DNA of 64,000 bases, taken from the IMG/VR virus record IMGVR_UViG_3300020048_000096, positions 1-64,000 of that record. One strand, written 5' to 3'. A model generated the notes under the pieces. The model made no database searches. It worked only from the letters and a program-made list of their open reading frames with translations, and was not told where the DNA came from. The position numbers and the translations under genes are program-made. Each line of letters opens with the position of its first letter. The stretch's first letter is position 1. This document shows, piece after piece, positions 25,693-34,804 of the stretch. This DNA is from an uncultured virus (IMG/VR IMGVR_UViG_3300020048_000096). Taxonomy: Duplodnaviria; Heunggongvirae; Uroviricota; Caudoviricetes.

Positions 25693-27519
25693 ATGACCCC
25701 TTTAAATACAACTCAAAACGAAACTTGCACACCTGTATCTTCTAAGTGTGTTATATGGCAAGGGCCTGATATTCCTTGTATTAATTTATGCAAAGGAGAT
25801 AGTATAGATGCTGTTGTAAGTAAGTTAGCTACCGTTTTATGCGAATCTTCTGTAGGAGCTTTTGATGTGTCTCGCGTAGATTTTGGATGCTTAACTTCTG
25901 CATACGCTTCTGAACCTGAGACTTTATTAGAGGTTGTACAAGCTATCATAGATAAGTCATGTACGATAGAAGAAGCTATCATAGCTGCTGGAATAGAAAC
26001 AAATCCAACTTATGGCGTTATCAGACTCCCTTCTTGCCTTCATTATACAAACCCTGAAGGAGACTTTATAGATGAATTAATGCCACAAGAGCATAGCAAA
26101 CATTTAGCTAATGTTATTTGTACTTTGATTTCAAATATTCAAAATATTCAGACGTCTTCGACATCTTTAACAACTCGTGTGAAAATTTTAGAAGACAATA
26201 AAAATAGTTCAAGCGGCTCTATTCCTACTGTTAAATTAACAGGAACTGGAAACATAGGCGCCGATTCTCCTATTCATTTGGCTTTAATGGCTTTTGAAGC
26301 AGATTATGTTAGCACTAGAAATACACTGGGAAACACAACTTCCATGGTGCAAAATATTGCAAAACAATGCACTTCAATAGGTTCTTCAAAACCTTTTAAC
26401 GGAGGGTTGTTAATGTCAAATATATCAGGATGGTCTGAGAATCCAGAAAACTTGAGCGAAGGATTTGGGAATCTTTGGATTGCCTTATGTGATATGAGAG
26501 CTGAAGTAACAAGACTTAAAGGAACAATAACACCTACTTGCGATAATTTTATTTTGAATTTTAATACCTTAATGAATAGTTCAAGAACTAGCGTAGATGT
26601 TGATTTTTATGGACTAACATTAGTTCCAGAAGGATGGGCTTCCGGTATTGGAGCTTCTGCAATTGCCCACCTTATTATTTCAGATGGTGCAAATAGTTAT
26701 GACCATTCGTTTGATTTTGGAAGTCAAATAGAAAATCAAAACTTAATGAATATTGATCTTGCTTCTCAGGGCATAAGTGCCACCAAGACATTATCATTCA
26801 CGTTAAACGCTACTGTTTTAAAAGACGCGATTGAGTGTTCTAAAACCGTGACAAAGTATTCTAACTATAATATTGATAATTGTATTAAGAATCCAATAAC
26901 ATTATTGGATGCAGTACAAACTCAATCTGGAATTACAGTTACTCATTCTGGGGTTGCTGCAGGTGGAGAGCCTGTTATTGACTATAGATTTGTAATTAAA
27001 GATCCTTCGAATGTTGTTGCTAGAACAATGAACGCATTTACGAATAATTTATTTATTTCAGTAAAGAACATGGTTACCGGAACTTATAAAGTTGAAGCTA
27101 CTGCTATTTATGCTTGTGGAAATTCGGAAACAGTTACAGAAACAGTGGCAGTCGTAGCTTGTATAGCTTCATATATTATACCGGAACAGATTTATACAAC
27201 ACCTGTTTATAATGGGTACACCGAAGGTGGCGGAACAGGACTGGTCATTAACGATATTCCTTATGTCGAAGGTGCTCAGTTGACGTACAACTCTAGATGT
27301 GACGGATCTTTCCGTGTTCAAATTGGAGTATCTGTAAATGTGGCTGAGAGAATGGGTCTTTTATACATAAACAATATTTTGGCTTTAATTGTAAGCACAA
27401 GAGGAGAGACTCACTTAGATACTATTTATTATGTACCTAATGGTGAGAGTCAAACATTTACTTTCAAGTACCTTCAATACCCTAGTGTAGTTCCTGAAAT
27501 AGGAAGTACGTTAATATAA
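25693..27519 (+). CDS. putative fibre/decoration protein
   Basis: Cys-rich N-terminal module (CV.W.GP.IP), coiled coil, Ig-like beta C-terminal domains. Confidence 0.65.
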   Translation: MTPLNTTQNETCTPVSSKCVIWQGPDIPCINLCKGDSIDAVVSKLATVLCESSVGAFDVSRVDFGCLTSAYASEPETLLEVVQAIIDKSCTIEEAIIAAGIETNPTYGVIRLPSCLHYTNPEGDFIDELMPQEHSKHLANVICTLISNIQNIQTSSTSLTTRVKILEDNKNSSSGSIPTVKLTGTGNIGADSPIHLALMAFEADYVSTRNTLGNTTSMVQNIAKQCTSIGSSKPFNGGLLMSNISGWSENPENLSEGFGNLWIALCDMRAEVTRLKGTITPTCDNFILNFNTLMNSSRTSVDVDFYGLTLVPEGWASGIGASAIAHLIISDGANSYDHSFDFGSQIENQNLMNIDLASQGISATKTLSFTLNATVLKDAIECSKTVTKYSNYNIDNCIKNPITLLDAVQTQSGITVTHSGVAAGGEPVIDYRFVIKDPSNVVARTMNAFTNNLFISVKNMVTGTYKVEATAIYACGNSETVTETVAVVACIASYIIPEQIYTTPVYNGYTEGGGTGLVINDIPYVEGAQLTYNSRCDGSFRVQIGVSVNVAERMGLLYINNILALIVSTRGETHLDTIYYVPNGESQTFTFKYLQYPSVVPEIGSTLI

Positions 27520-27525
27520 GTTATT

Positions 27526-29724
27526 ATGACAAAGGCCTGTAGAAAAAAAACATGTAAAGAGCCAGAACTTCAAATAGAGGTTCTGGCTCCGCCTTCGTGC
27601 GCAGTTGATGTATGTTCTGAGTTAATTGATGTGGCTTGCATTCGGCATTTCGGATATGTGATACCGGGACTTGGCCCAAATCCATCTACTTTGCAATTGA
27701 TACTTTTTATCAAAAAATTAATTGAAGAGTATCCTATATTAAGCATAGAGGACACCAACACAATAAATCAAATCATAGATACTGAACTGTCTATGCTTAT
27801 TCTTCGAGGGGATAATGTTGGCGAGGATGCTACAGGTTTATATTTTGTATTAACAGAGTCTATTATTATTAAGATAATAGATATACTCAAACTGGGATGC
27901 AGTATAGTTGGTACAGCAGTTTCAGCTACGGGATGTGAAATATCTGGAACGGCAAATGTTGCTACAGGATGTGAAATATCTGGAACAGCACTTTCTGTAA
28001 CGTTATGTGACATTTATGGAACGGCTATATTGGCTACAGGATGTGACATTTCCGGTACAGCATCGGTTGTTATAACTAGCACAACAACAACAAGTACAAC
28101 AACAAGCACATCAACCACAGTTACACCTACAACATCAACCACAGTTACACCTACAACAACAAGTACAACTGTTGCTCCTACAACAACAAGTACAACTGTT
28201 ACACCTACAACTAGCACTACTACAGCTGATATTCAAATTCCTAGTACAGTAGTATTAATTTTAGATAATGTATTAACTTTATCACCAGGAGAAATTATAG
28301 CAAATATAAGTTGGACTGAATCTACAGATAATGTAGGTATAGTTGACTATTTAATTTTTGTAGATCCTGAAGTAGAAGGTTTACCTGATTTATCTTTTTA
28401 TACTAGTAGTTTAGATTATATTTTAGAAGATTTACTTCCAGGTGCTTATTATAATGTAAATGTAAGAGCTATAGATGCAGCAGGTAATAAGGGATTAGTA
28501 AGTAATACTATTAGATTTTTAGCACCACAAACATCAACATCAACATCAACTACTACCACAGTAGAACCGACTACTACCACAGTAGAACCGACTACTACCA
28601 CAGTAGAACCGACGACCACAGTAGAACCGACTACTACCACAGTAGAACCGACGACCACAGTAGAACCGACTACAACAACGGTTGCTCCAACTACAACAGT
28701 AGCTCCTACAACGACAGTAGCTCCGACAACAACAGTAGCACCAACCTACGTTTCAGGTTCAGGGAATATACTAGATATATTCACTGTTGGGTCTATAATA
28801 GAAAAAGATATAAATTTAAACCTAGTTGGAACAGTGTCCTCAAACATGCCTGTTGCAGGAGATTTCTTATTCTCTACTAGTCACGAGAAACTCTTATTAT
28901 ACGGTACTCATGTCGCCCCTATGACGATGTACTTATCTACCGATTCTGGGGTTAACTATAATTCAATACAGAATGTCTCTAGCGGAACAGGAACTGTAGT
29001 GGCTGACTCATCACTTAGGTACATATACTACTCTGATATAAATAAAATAAATGGTAGTAAGCTATACAGGTCAGAGAACACAGGAACGTCCTTCTCACCT
29101 ATAACATTACTCAGCAGGACTGGTACCGTACCGTTCGGCTCACCTAATGCTCAAGGGAATGAAGTAATATCAAGAGATGGTAAATATTTGATATGTTATT
29201 GTCAGTCTAAAAACTTATTAAATACTGACCAATACCAAAATATTATGTTAACTAGTAATTATGGTGTTTCATTTGAGGATATAACAGAAATAATAGAACC
29301 AAGTGCAGGAAAATATACGTTTATTGATACTAGATATGGAATGTCTGGAACTGGAGAGTATATGTTTATAGTAGGTAGAAATTCCAATATATATTATAGG
29401 AGTATAGACTATGGGGTATCCTGGACAAAACCGATATTAACAGCATATCTTCAATCCGCTAAAATCAAAACATCATTTTCAGGACAATATATATTATCTG
29501 TTAGTTATAACTCTTCCAAGTATTCTATAAGTAATGATTACGGATTAACATTTATAGATTATACTCTTGGAGCTGTAAGACCAGAGAATTGCGATATCTC
29601 TAACTCAGGTCAATATATGATAATAGAAGCCTCGGCAGCATCTAAATATTATGTTTCTACAAATTACGGACTTAGCTTTACAACACATAATACAAATTTA
29701 TACTTAACACAAATAGTAGATTAA
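27526..29724 (+). CDS. modular fibre/adhesin: Cys module, 12-aa repeats, Thr-rich linker, FN3 domain, Thr/Pro repeats, BNR/Asp-box beta-propeller
   Basis: FN3 signature (SW..STDNVGIV.Y...L.PG..Y.V.VRA.DAAGN); Asp-box-like STDSGVNY, TSNYGVSF, SIDYGVSW, SNDYGLTF, STNYGLSF. Confidence 0.8.
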   Translation: MTKACRKKTCKEPELQIEVLAPPSCAVDVCSELIDVACIRHFGYVIPGLGPNPSTLQLILFIKKLIEEYPILSIEDTNTINQIIDTELSMLILRGDNVGEDATGLYFVLTESIIIKIIDILKLGCSIVGTAVSATGCEISGTANVATGCEISGTALSVTLCDIYGTAILATGCDISGTASVVITSTTTTSTTTSTSTTVTPTTSTTVTPTTTSTTVAPTTTSTTVTPTTSTTTADIQIPSTVVLILDNVLTLSPGEIIANISWTESTDNVGIVDYLIFVDPEVEGLPDLSFYTSSLDYILEDLLPGAYYNVNVRAIDAAGNKGLVSNTIRFLAPQTSTSTSTTTTVEPTTTTVEPTTTTVEPTTTVEPTTTTVEPTTTVEPTTTTVAPTTTVAPTTTVAPTTTVAPTYVSGSGNILDIFTVGSIIEKDINLNLVGTVSSNMPVAGDFLFSTSHEKLLLYGTHVAPMTMYLSTDSGVNYNSIQNVSSGTGTVVADSSLRYIYYSDINKINGSKLYRSENTGTSFSPITLLSRTGTVPFGSPNAQGNEVISRDGKYLICYCQSKNLLNTDQYQNIMLTSNYGVSFEDITEIIEPSAGKYTFIDTRYGMSGTGEYMFIVGRNSNIYYRSIDYGVSWTKPILTAYLQSAKIKTSFSGQYILSVSYNSSKYSISNDYGLTFIDYTLGAVRPENCDISNSGQYMIIEASAASKYYVSTNYGLSFTTHNTNLYLTQIVD
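27895..28074 (+). repeat. five 36-nt coding repeats (GCxIxGTAxxxT)
   Basis: Units start at 27895, 27931, 27967, 28003 and 28039. Confidence 0.85.
28531..28747 (+). repeat. TTTT/VEP and TTT/VAP mucin-like coding repeats
   Basis: 18/21-nt units such as actactaccacagtagaaccg. Confidence 0.9.
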
Positions 29725-29752
29725 AAGATAAACAGATTAAAAATAAAAAATC

Positions 29753-31123
29753 ATGACACAAACAATCTTAATAACCCTTAACGCAGGGTTGAATACTTCT
29801 AATTTTTCGCTGTATTCCAATCTTGATGGATACCAGACAGCTTTTGAAATAAATGTATCGAGAGAGGATTTAGTAAACGGATACGTCTCCACCTTAGTTC
29901 CTTCTGGAGCTACAATTATAAGAGTTAAATCAAATTCTGATAATTGTACTAATTTTAGGGACATCACTATATCAGGAACTCCTACGACTGTTGCTCCTAC
30001 GACTGCAACTCCTACGACCGCAACTCCAACTACTGCAACTCCAACTACTGCAACTCCTACGACTGCAACTCCTACGACTGTTGCTCCTACGACTGCAACT
30101 CCTACGACTGTTGCTCCAACTACTGTTGCTCCAACTACTGCAACTCCTACGACGACGCCAGTCGGTGTTGCGAGTTATAATACTTTAACTAAAGGAGCTG
30201 GTTCTGTGAATGAAGGAGGAAGTATTTCATTTGAGTTAAATACTTCAAATATACCAAACGGAACAACCGTGGGGTGGACTATTACGGGAGTGTCTTCTGC
30301 TGATATCATTGGAGGTATTACAAGTGGAGTTTTTACAATAAATTCTAATGTTGGGTATGTAGGTGTTACTGTAAAAATTGATAATTTAACAGAGGGTCCT
30401 GAGACGCTTACTATGACTTTAAATGCAACTGATAGCGCTTCTCGTGCAACAGGAAGCTTAACGACTTCAGTACTTATAAACGATACTTCTCTTAATGCTA
30501 CAACGAGCACAACGTCTACAACCACAGTAGCTCCTTTACCAATGACTACTTATTGTTATAATGAACGTTGGACTTGTGATGATATAGAACACCCACTAGG
30601 AGGTGGAATCACTTATTGGGATGCTTATGGAGTAGAATATATTGAGTCAGGATTATGTTATGAAACAACCCAAAATGTATTAACATATTCATCTTCAGCA
30701 GTACCACAAAAAGTAGGATTAGACCTAATAGTATGTCCAACTTCTAGTTCAACGACTACTACAACTACTAGTACAACATTAGCACCATCTGCTGCAAATG
30801 TTGATTGTTCAAACTATGGTGTTGCTTTTGATAATTATTCACCAGGAGGTGCAAATGAATTTTCTGCAAATATCTATCTACCTGTAGCAGCTACAACCAA
30901 TTATGTATTTACAATTGCTTTTGAAGCAGATAGAACAGATACTCAGGGTACAATATTTGATAATATTACTATCAATATTGGCACAGGTCAGTTTTCAGGT
31001 AATGGAGTTAATAGTGCTGGATTATCTCAAGAAGTAGGTGAGAATTATACTATGGTTAGTTATAACATATTAAGTATAGTTCCAAATGATGGAAAATATA
31101 CATTTGATCCTTGTAATTATTAA
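29753..31123 (+). CDS. modular decoration/fibre protein with mucin-like repeats and Calx-beta-like domain
   Basis: PTT(A/V)(T/A) repeats; SVNEG.S..F.L.T.N...GT.V...ITG...AD...DNLTEG.ET. Confidence 0.75.
   Translation: MTQTILITLNAGLNTSNFSLYSNLDGYQTAFEINVSREDLVNGYVSTLVPSGATIIRVKSNSDNCTNFRDITISGTPTTVAPTTATPTTATPTTATPTTATPTTATPTTVAPTTATPTTVAPTTVAPTTATPTTTPVGVASYNTLTKGAGSVNEGGSISFELNTSNIPNGTTVGWTITGVSSADIIGGITSGVFTINSNVGYVGVTVKIDNLTEGPETLTMTLNATDSASRATGSLTTSVLINDTSLNATTSTTSTTTVAPLPMTTYCYNERWTCDDIEHPLGGGITYWDAYGVEYIESGLCYETTQNVLTYSSSAVPQKVGLDLIVCPTSSSTTTTTTSTTLAPSAANVDCSNYGVAFDNYSPGGANEFSANIYLPVAATTNYVFTIAFEADRTDTQGTIFDNITINIGTGQFSGNGVNSAGLSQEVGENYTMVSYNILSIVPNDGKYTFDPCNY
29978..30160 (+). repeat. 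15-nt tandem coding repeats (PTTAT/PTTVA)
   Basis: About a dozen units such as cctacgactgcaact and cctacgactgttgct. Confidence 0.9.
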
Positions 31124-31124
31124 T

Positions 31125-31820
31125 ATGAACAATAAAATGAAAGTTTTAATATTCTGCTCCTCTCACTATAAGAGAGGAGCTATGTTAAGATACGTTTTGT
31201 TAGATGCACTTAACCAAAGTCACAAAGATTTTACACTTGCTTTGAGCTTAAAGCTTGATGAACTTAAGCCGGAACTATATACAAGATTGGTGGATGACGC
31301 ATTAGATAGTAGAGTTGTTTATACAGAATTGATAAATCATAAGGTATGTTTTAGTCACTTTAATTTAATAGACACTATAAAATCAGTGCCAAATTATCAA
31401 GATTATGATATTTTTATAAAAATGGATGATGATGATATCCATAAGAAAGACTATGTAAAAAATATAGTAGAGTTTTTCAATGCAAATCCTGATGCTGATA
31501 TTATATCTTCTAAAATCTCCACGCAATTAAATGGGTATTCTTTATTTAAAAATGATCAAGGATATGAAACATTAGGAAGAATAATGGAAGGAGATAATTA
31601 TAATATGCCTATGACATTTGCTTTTAATAAAAAAGCACTTGATGCTATTATAAATTTAACCGCTGAAGATATAGGCGGAGAATGGGATGATATGGTGCAA
31701 AGAAAAACTTGGATTAAAGCGGGATTGGTACACAAAACTGTGGAAAATAAAGATAATATTATTTGGAATGTACATGGTAAAAATGCCAGCACCTCTGATT
31801 TTTTAATTTCACAAACTTAA
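31125..31820 (+). CDS. GT-A fold glycosyltransferase (GT2-like)
   Basis: KVLIF...KR..ML...L...LNQS N-terminus and IFIKMDDDD (DxD) motif; start trimmed to ATG 31125, just after the upstream stop. Confidence 0.75.
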   Translation: MNNKMKVLIFCSSHYKRGAMLRYVLLDALNQSHKDFTLALSLKLDELKPELYTRLVDDALDSRVVYTELINHKVCFSHFNLIDTIKSVPNYQDYDIFIKMDDDDIHKKDYVKNIVEFFNANPDADIISSKISTQLNGYSLFKNDQGYETLGRIMEGDNYNMPMTFAFNKKALDAIINLTAEDIGGEWDDMVQRKTWIKAGLVHKTVENKDNIIWNVHGKNASTSDFLISQT

Positions 31821-31824
31821 TATT

Positions 31825-32751
31825 ATGAGGTATATATGTGCACAACCTGCTACGCCTTATTACACATGGCAGGTTGAAGTATTAATAAACAACTTTAAAA
31901 AGCACGGTGTCAATCCTAATAAGATTGACATTCTGTGCGCTATAAAAAATGGAATTGTACCAGAAGAATGGAGAGATCTGCAAAGACATTACAATACCAT
32001 ACGTTTCTTTTTTTATGAAGACACAAGAACCAATCTAAGTTATGTGCCATCTGTGTATTTTAATCTGATGAGCAGTCACATGAAAGCCTGCCCGGAACTT
32101 AAAGAAGAACGCTTATTCCTTCACGATAGTGACATTGTTTTTACAAAAACTCCAGAAGTAACATGGGCAGATGAGAAAACATGGTATATGAGCGATACTA
32201 ATTCGTATATTAACTATGACTACATACAACAAAAAGGAAATGATATCTATGAGAAGATGTGTGAGATTGTAGGGATAGATTTATTAATTCCGAAATTGAT
32301 GAATAGTAATTCAGGTGGAGCACAGTATATTGTGCAAGGAGAGGGATTTGAATTTTGGGATAAAACAGAAAAAGACAGCGTTAGTTTGTATACTTATTTC
32401 TGTGAGCAGGAGCCTTTGTATATTAAGAAATACGAAGGAGATTTTCCAATACAAAAATGGACAGCGGGAATGTGGTCTTTACTTTGGAATGCCTGGGCAA
32501 AAGGCCATGAAACAAAAGTAGACCCTCGACTAAATTTCAGCTGGAGCACTGACAATTATTCAAGCATTGATAAGAATTTTATCTTACACAATGCGGGCGT
32601 AAGCGATACCATGAAAAGACTTTTTTTAAAATCGAATTACATGAATAAGCTCCCTTATTTTGAGAAATTAGATATAGACCAAGGAAAAGCAAGTTTTTAT
32701 TATTGGCAGCAATTAAAAGAAACGGCATTAGTAACCATATTAAAAAAATAA
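31825..32751 (+). CDS. GT-A glycosyltransferase resembling peptide O-glycosyltransferases (GT96 SERGT / GT95 HPAT-like)
   Basis: YYTWQ, FLHDSDIVF (DxD), GGAQY and KWTAGMW in the order of the SERGT/HPAT motifs as I recall them (YFDWQ, ILDADM, W.SEMY). Confidence 0.65.
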   Translation: MRYICAQPATPYYTWQVEVLINNFKKHGVNPNKIDILCAIKNGIVPEEWRDLQRHYNTIRFFFYEDTRTNLSYVPSVYFNLMSSHMKACPELKEERLFLHDSDIVFTKTPEVTWADEKTWYMSDTNSYINYDYIQQKGNDIYEKMCEIVGIDLLIPKLMNSNSGGAQYIVQGEGFEFWDKTEKDSVSLYTYFCEQEPLYIKKYEGDFPIQKWTAGMWSLLWNAWAKGHETKVDPRLNFSWSTDNYSSIDKNFILHNAGVSDTMKRLFLKSNYMNKLPYFEKLDIDQGKASFYYWQQLKETALVTILKK

Positions 32752-32754
32752 AAA

Positions 32755-33225
32755 ATGAGCAGTCCAGTACAAAACTCAACGACTCAGCCACCAACGACTC
32801 AGGCACCAACGACTCAGGCACCAACGACTTATTTGCCTGCACCTCCTGCGTGTGAAGGAGAGGAATGTGAAGAAATATATGACGTAAAATGCGTCACCTA
32901 TACCGGAGAGCCTATTCCGGGTCTTGACATTGAACCTGGAGATACTCTTGAAACTATTATTTCAAAATTAATCGAGTACATCTCTAAGGTGGTTGATATA
33001 TCGACATTAGATACCAATACTGTAGCGTTGCTCGGAGACGGAAGTTCTTCAGATCCACTTAAAGCTAATGCAAAAATAAGTACTATTAATGACAACTTTC
33101 TCACAGCAGAAGCAAATGGTATTGCGGTTGTAATAAACCAGGCTCTTGTTGAAAAAATGCTAGAAGTAATTATAGAAAATCCTACACTTCTCGAAGCCTT
33201 TAAAGGAATATCCATTACCGACTAA
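32755..33225 (+). CDS. small structural protein with (PTTQA)n and Cys module
   Basis: STTQPPTTQAPTTQAPTT then CEEIYDVKCVTYTGEPIPGL, paralogous to the N-termini of 25693 and 27526. Confidence 0.75.
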   Translation: MSSPVQNSTTQPPTTQAPTTQAPTTYLPAPPACEGEECEEIYDVKCVTYTGEPIPGLDIEPGDTLETIISKLIEYISKVVDISTLDTNTVALLGDGSSSDPLKANAKISTINDNFLTAEANGIAVVINQALVEKMLEVIIENPTLLEAFKGISITD

Positions 33226-33260
33226 TAAAAACTGGTTTTGTTGGTTTCCAGTTTCTAAAC

Positions 33261-33300
33261 GCCCTTTCCTTTTACATAGGGAAAGGGAGTGTTTAGTTTT
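33261..33300 (+). terminator. probable terminator
   Basis: ccctttcc/ggaaaggg stem then T-rich tail. Confidence 0.55.
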
Positions 33301-33302
33301 TA

Positions 33303-33348
33303 AAGTTCTACATAATATACATAAGTTCTACAAAATAACCTATATTTG
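33303..33348 (+). promoter_or_regulatory. Bacteroidota-type promoter (TATATTTG) with tandem AAGTTCTACA boxes
   Basis: Boxes at 33303-33312 and 33323-33332; -7 element at 33341-33348. Confidence 0.7.
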
Positions 33349-33377
33349 TACTGGCATTAACGATTAACACCCAATCT

Positions 33378-34748
33378 ATGAATCTTATACCTAAAGTTTA
33401 TCACTCCTTAACGGGTAAAAAATCAAATAAGCATAGTTCTGCACTCATAGGAATGAAAGAGCTTGAGTACGTAAAATTAAAAAAAGAAATAAAGCAAGTA
33501 TTAAAAAGAATAAATCCCGTATTAGAGTATGTTATTTTAGACGCTTTAAACAAAGAGTTGCTGCAAGGAATAGTATTTAGCCCAACAGTTAAAAGTTTTT
33601 CAAAAGAACTGCAAAATAAAGCCTCTGAAATATCTGAAGTATCAGAAAAATTAGAAACGTATTATGAAGAAGAAGGCTCTATTGTTTCACAACACAATAA
33701 TTTAGATAAAGGAGAAGCCACCATTACGGCTGTGGCTTTTGCAGAACCTAGAAGTGCAGAAGAAATAATTAAATTGCTAAAAATAGACATCTCAGTTTGG
33801 AGACTCTCTCAATACTGGAACAAAGAGAAAATGGGCCGCTGGTACGTGTCGGCTTTAGTTAGTAAGATTAACAAACAAAGCGCGACAGAAAAACCCATCA
33901 GCTTTTTAGACTCCCTTCTCTCACATCCCATCCCACAAATTCCTTACAAAAAATCCGAACTATTATCACTAATAACCAAGTCATCAAAAGACACTTCTTG
34001 TGGAGTTCTTGCAATTCAAGATTTGCATTTTGGAAAAGTAGGGAACTTAGACATTGATGAAATTTTATGGAACTGCGTGACAGACCTAATAAAACAATCC
34101 ACACCTACTAAGCATTTTGAGGAAATACTGTTCGTTGTCGGAGGAGATGCCCTGAACATGGATACTTGGGCCAATACCACTACTTCAGGAACTCCGATGG
34201 AAGGCGGTGGTGAAGGAGTTACCGATACTTATTTGAAGGCATATAATTCTTATGCAAGAGTCTTGCAATTTTTAAGTGGGTGTTGTGAGAAATTACGCGT
34301 AGTATTTGTACCGGGTAATCACGATAGATTAAGCAGCTTTCACATCACGCATGCTTTGCAAGTTAGTATGAGTTCTTGGAAAAACATTGAGTTTGTTTCT
34401 GAATATTCTGAAAGAAAAGTAATCACTTATGGTAAAAACTTCTTTGGGTTTGAACATGGAGACGTAAGTAAAGCTACCACGCCTTTAACATACGCTACAG
34501 AGTTTCCAAAACAGTGGGGCGAGACTTATTACAGAACCTTGTATACAGGACACTTGCATACCAAGAGAACAAAAATATTTGTGACAGAAAATGAGCTAAA
34601 CGGTTTTATCATTAAGATAGTGGCTTCTTTGTCCTCTACTGACTACTATCATTATCACAATAAGTGGACTGGAAATATTAGATCTGGTTCATTGGATGTG
34701 TACGAAAGAGAAAAAGGAAAAACAGCAGAATTTATATTCAACTTATAA
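33378..34748 (+). CDS. calcineurin-like metallophosphoesterase
   Basis: DLHFG, GGD..N.D, GNHD, EHGD and GHLH motifs. Confidence 0.85.
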   Translation: MNLIPKVYHSLTGKKSNKHSSALIGMKELEYVKLKKEIKQVLKRINPVLEYVILDALNKELLQGIVFSPTVKSFSKELQNKASEISEVSEKLETYYEEEGSIVSQHNNLDKGEATITAVAFAEPRSAEEIIKLLKIDISVWRLSQYWNKEKMGRWYVSALVSKINKQSATEKPISFLDSLLSHPIPQIPYKKSELLSLITKSSKDTSCGVLAIQDLHFGKVGNLDIDEILWNCVTDLIKQSTPTKHFEEILFVVGGDALNMDTWANTTTSGTPMEGGGEGVTDTYLKAYNSYARVLQFLSGCCEKLRVVFVPGNHDRLSSFHITHALQVSMSSWKNIEFVSEYSERKVITYGKNFFGFEHGDVSKATTPLTYATEFPKQWGETYYRTLYTGHLHTKRTKIFVTENELNGFIIKIVASLSSTDYYHYHNKWTGNIRSGSLDVYEREKGKTAEFIFNL

Positions 34749-34804
34749 GTTCTATAAAATAATAGAATTCTCCAATATTTTTGCGTAAATTTTAATGTAG
34801 ACAC

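Noticed and set aside
28075..30160. Short tandem repeats as a CRISPR array or DGR
   Set aside because: The repeats are in-frame, have no unique spacers and vary at synonymous positions; no reverse transcriptase, TR/VR pair or cas gene is present.
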